From Paragordius varius (lineage: Eukaryota; Animalia; Nematomorpha), in assembly GCA_964247055.1 (NCBI GenBank), contig OZ176057.1:2108001-2172000 (forward strand): a stretch of DNA of 64,000 nucleotides. Direction: 5' to 3'. Made by a program: the position numbers and the translations under genes. The notes beneath the pieces are model-generated. The model did no database searches. It was given only the letters and a program-made list of their open reading frames with translations, and was not told the DNA's origin. Of the stretch, positions 61,726 to 64,000 are shown piece after piece; within the stretch, counting starts at the first letter, position 1, and each line of letters starts with the position of its first letter.

Positions 61726-64000
61726 ATGGATTTTTTTGAGGACATATTTATGGATATTTCCCAAAATATTCCGATTGATGTTAGAAGCAATGAAAGTGTG
61801 AATAATCCAAAATCCGTTTGTAATTCATCGTTAGAGAGCTCAAATAGCATTTTAAATCAATACCATAGTCCTACAAAAATAAATGACATAAATCTTAATT
61901 TATATTATGGAGAATTACCAACTTTGCATTTATCTCATACAGATTTACTGCCAAATGACGGCATTGATATAGTTCCAATAGATTCTGACGGTGATCGAAT
62001 GGGAGATGCATTAGCTTTAGATTCCTTGGAAGATTTTTTGGAAATCGGAAGTTTTCAAAGCGAATGCAGTACCAATAAAGCTACTTCAAATTATACCCTA
62101 ACTTCTTTTGATAGTGGTGCAGGGCATTTAACATCTCTTAATAGTGAATCTCCGAATCATTCTAATCTATATATAAATAAAGATAAATATACTTACCAAA
62201 AGCCTGAATCGAATTATATAATGAATCTTCATGATGATATGCATAAAAGACAGACGATTATGACATATGGGTTTCTAAAAACCCCATCGCCCCCACCCAT
62301 AATTGAATATCAATCACTCATTGAAACCAAAGAAGCTAATAAACATTGTATTTATTTTTTATATAAAAACCTGCAGAATTTTTGAAAAAATATTATTTTA
62401 GTATTTCTTAATCTTATTTTTTTCACTTCGGGGTAATAGCTGTGCCAATTAAGTGCATTTAATATAACTTATGTTTTTATAGCTTTGGAAACCAAGCTTT
62501 CACTCCGCAGACCAGTCAATGAGTTGATAGATCAAGGGATTATACCACGTATATATTTGGTTATAAATTTTTCAAGGTAAATTGTGGAATTAAAAATCTT
62601 TTTTAAAGTATAAAATATGAAATATTACTCTTTAAATTTTTGTAATCATTTATATAACAATCGGGCTCATAATGAATTTGATATTTTTTTGTATATTGAT
62701 ATATTTCGCTAACTCAAAATGATTCTATATAATTGTAGCGTTGCAAACATCGGGATCTATATATGAAAAACAGCAAAAACTTGAGCGATCTCGCATGACC
62801 GACATTCTTAAACAAAAAATTCAACGAAGACCAGACCGAGCTCAATTAGTTCAACAGCACATACTTGAAGGTTAATAACCAATTAATTGTTTAACATTTA
62901 TATATCTTAAAAATAATTTTTGAATATTTCAAGTTATTATTACTTTTTACTTTTTTAAATATTGAAGGCATTTAAATATATGCTTTATAAATATATCATT
63001 GATAACCTGTAAATATTTGATATTTTAGAAAACTATAGCCAAAAATGTGTCTATTTATCATAAGATATTGATTATCTAAATCAAAAAATGGAAATTGGTT
63101 CAACTGTTTTTAAATATTGCTATTTTTTTAATTCCCCTTTTTCAATTCTTTGCGTTTTAAATAATTTTTTGCTATAACTATTGTTAGTTTTTACTGTGTA
63201 ATTCCAATAAGTGAATATTTATTATTTGCTTTTGTCATATTTTATGTATCTTTTCCTGGCCAAACATATAATCTACTATCGTTTTTTTTCTATGAAACGA
63301 CAGAGACGTGTTTACTGGACCCACTTGTGGCTCAACAACAGAAACGGCTTAAAAGAGCTCGACTCCGGGAAGATCTCAATGATAAGTTGGCACATAGACC
63401 TGAACGTCAACAACTTGTAAATGCTCATTATCTTATACCTTCTCCGCCTTCGCTAAACTCTTCAAATATCGCTACTGTTTTTACCAACGGTAATCAAAGT
63501 TATGGCGATATTGCTTCAAATAGCAGCATATGTTTCTCGAATGAAAATACTATAAAGTCTTTAACTACTAATGTGTTGCAACAAAATTGGCAAGGCAACA
63601 ATATCATTACAGGAATACACTGTTCTAACCCGCATAATATACCGCAACACAATACTTACGATAATCAATATTGGTTAAACAATTCCGTCTCTAACGGCAA
63701 CAATCGTACTGATAATAAAAATTATGCATCCTCTGATCCACCGAATATTGTTTCAAGTGCCAATACTCATCACCAACCTCATCCTATAAACTATCCATTA
63801 ATACAATCTAGTACGAATCCATATATGGAAAATACAAATTTGCCATCTCATGTTACAATGTCTTCCAATAATGTCTTAAATATGCTGTCTAACAAAAATT
63901 CAGAGCTTTATACCTCCCAACCGTCCAATATGTCGTCATCTTTGTCAAATGTTTCTCATGGGCATTCTAACAAAATTTTTGACGTTGAATTAAAATCTGT
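61726..64000 (+). CDS. Mrtf: Myocardin-related transcription factor, 5' part (exons 61726-62347, 62483-62548, 62739-62870, 63304->64000)
   Basis: In-frame GT-AG splicing gives three RPEL repeats: LETKLSLRRPVNELIDQGIIP, KLERSRMTDILKQKIQRRPDRAQLVQQHILE and LKRARLREDLNDKLAHRPERQQLV. Spacing and linkers match myocardin/MRTF. The frame stays open to the window end. Confidence 0.88.

Overview
AT-rich, intron-containing metazoan genomic DNA; nothing here looks prokaryotic (no CRISPR, rRNA or tRNA recognised). The left 46 kb is dominated by a segmental duplication (1-~12.5 kb is repeated at ~28.6-45.8 kb). The repeated block carries an aldo-keto reductase gene, disabled in both copies by different lesions, plus a mariner relic, an RTE relic and an unidentified minus-strand membrane-protein gene. 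Comparing the two copies gives exact empty and filled sites for a CACTA/Chapaev-like element, a 1.57-kb foldback element and a MITE. The right part holds an RTE/BovB-like LINE, a three-exon class A GPCR of about 1168 aa with a very long ECL2 (~350 aa) and ICL3 (~565 aa), a near-intact Penelope-like element whose inverted terminal repeat contains a minimal hammerhead-ribozyme motif, and the 5' part of an RPEL-repeat myocardin/MRTF gene that runs off the window. A truncated Ty3/Gypsy element, several hAT MITEs, a TACCATTT-ended foldback/MITE group and a spliced orphan ORF at 16.7-17.2 kb are also present. All alignments and identities were judged by eye and are approximate.
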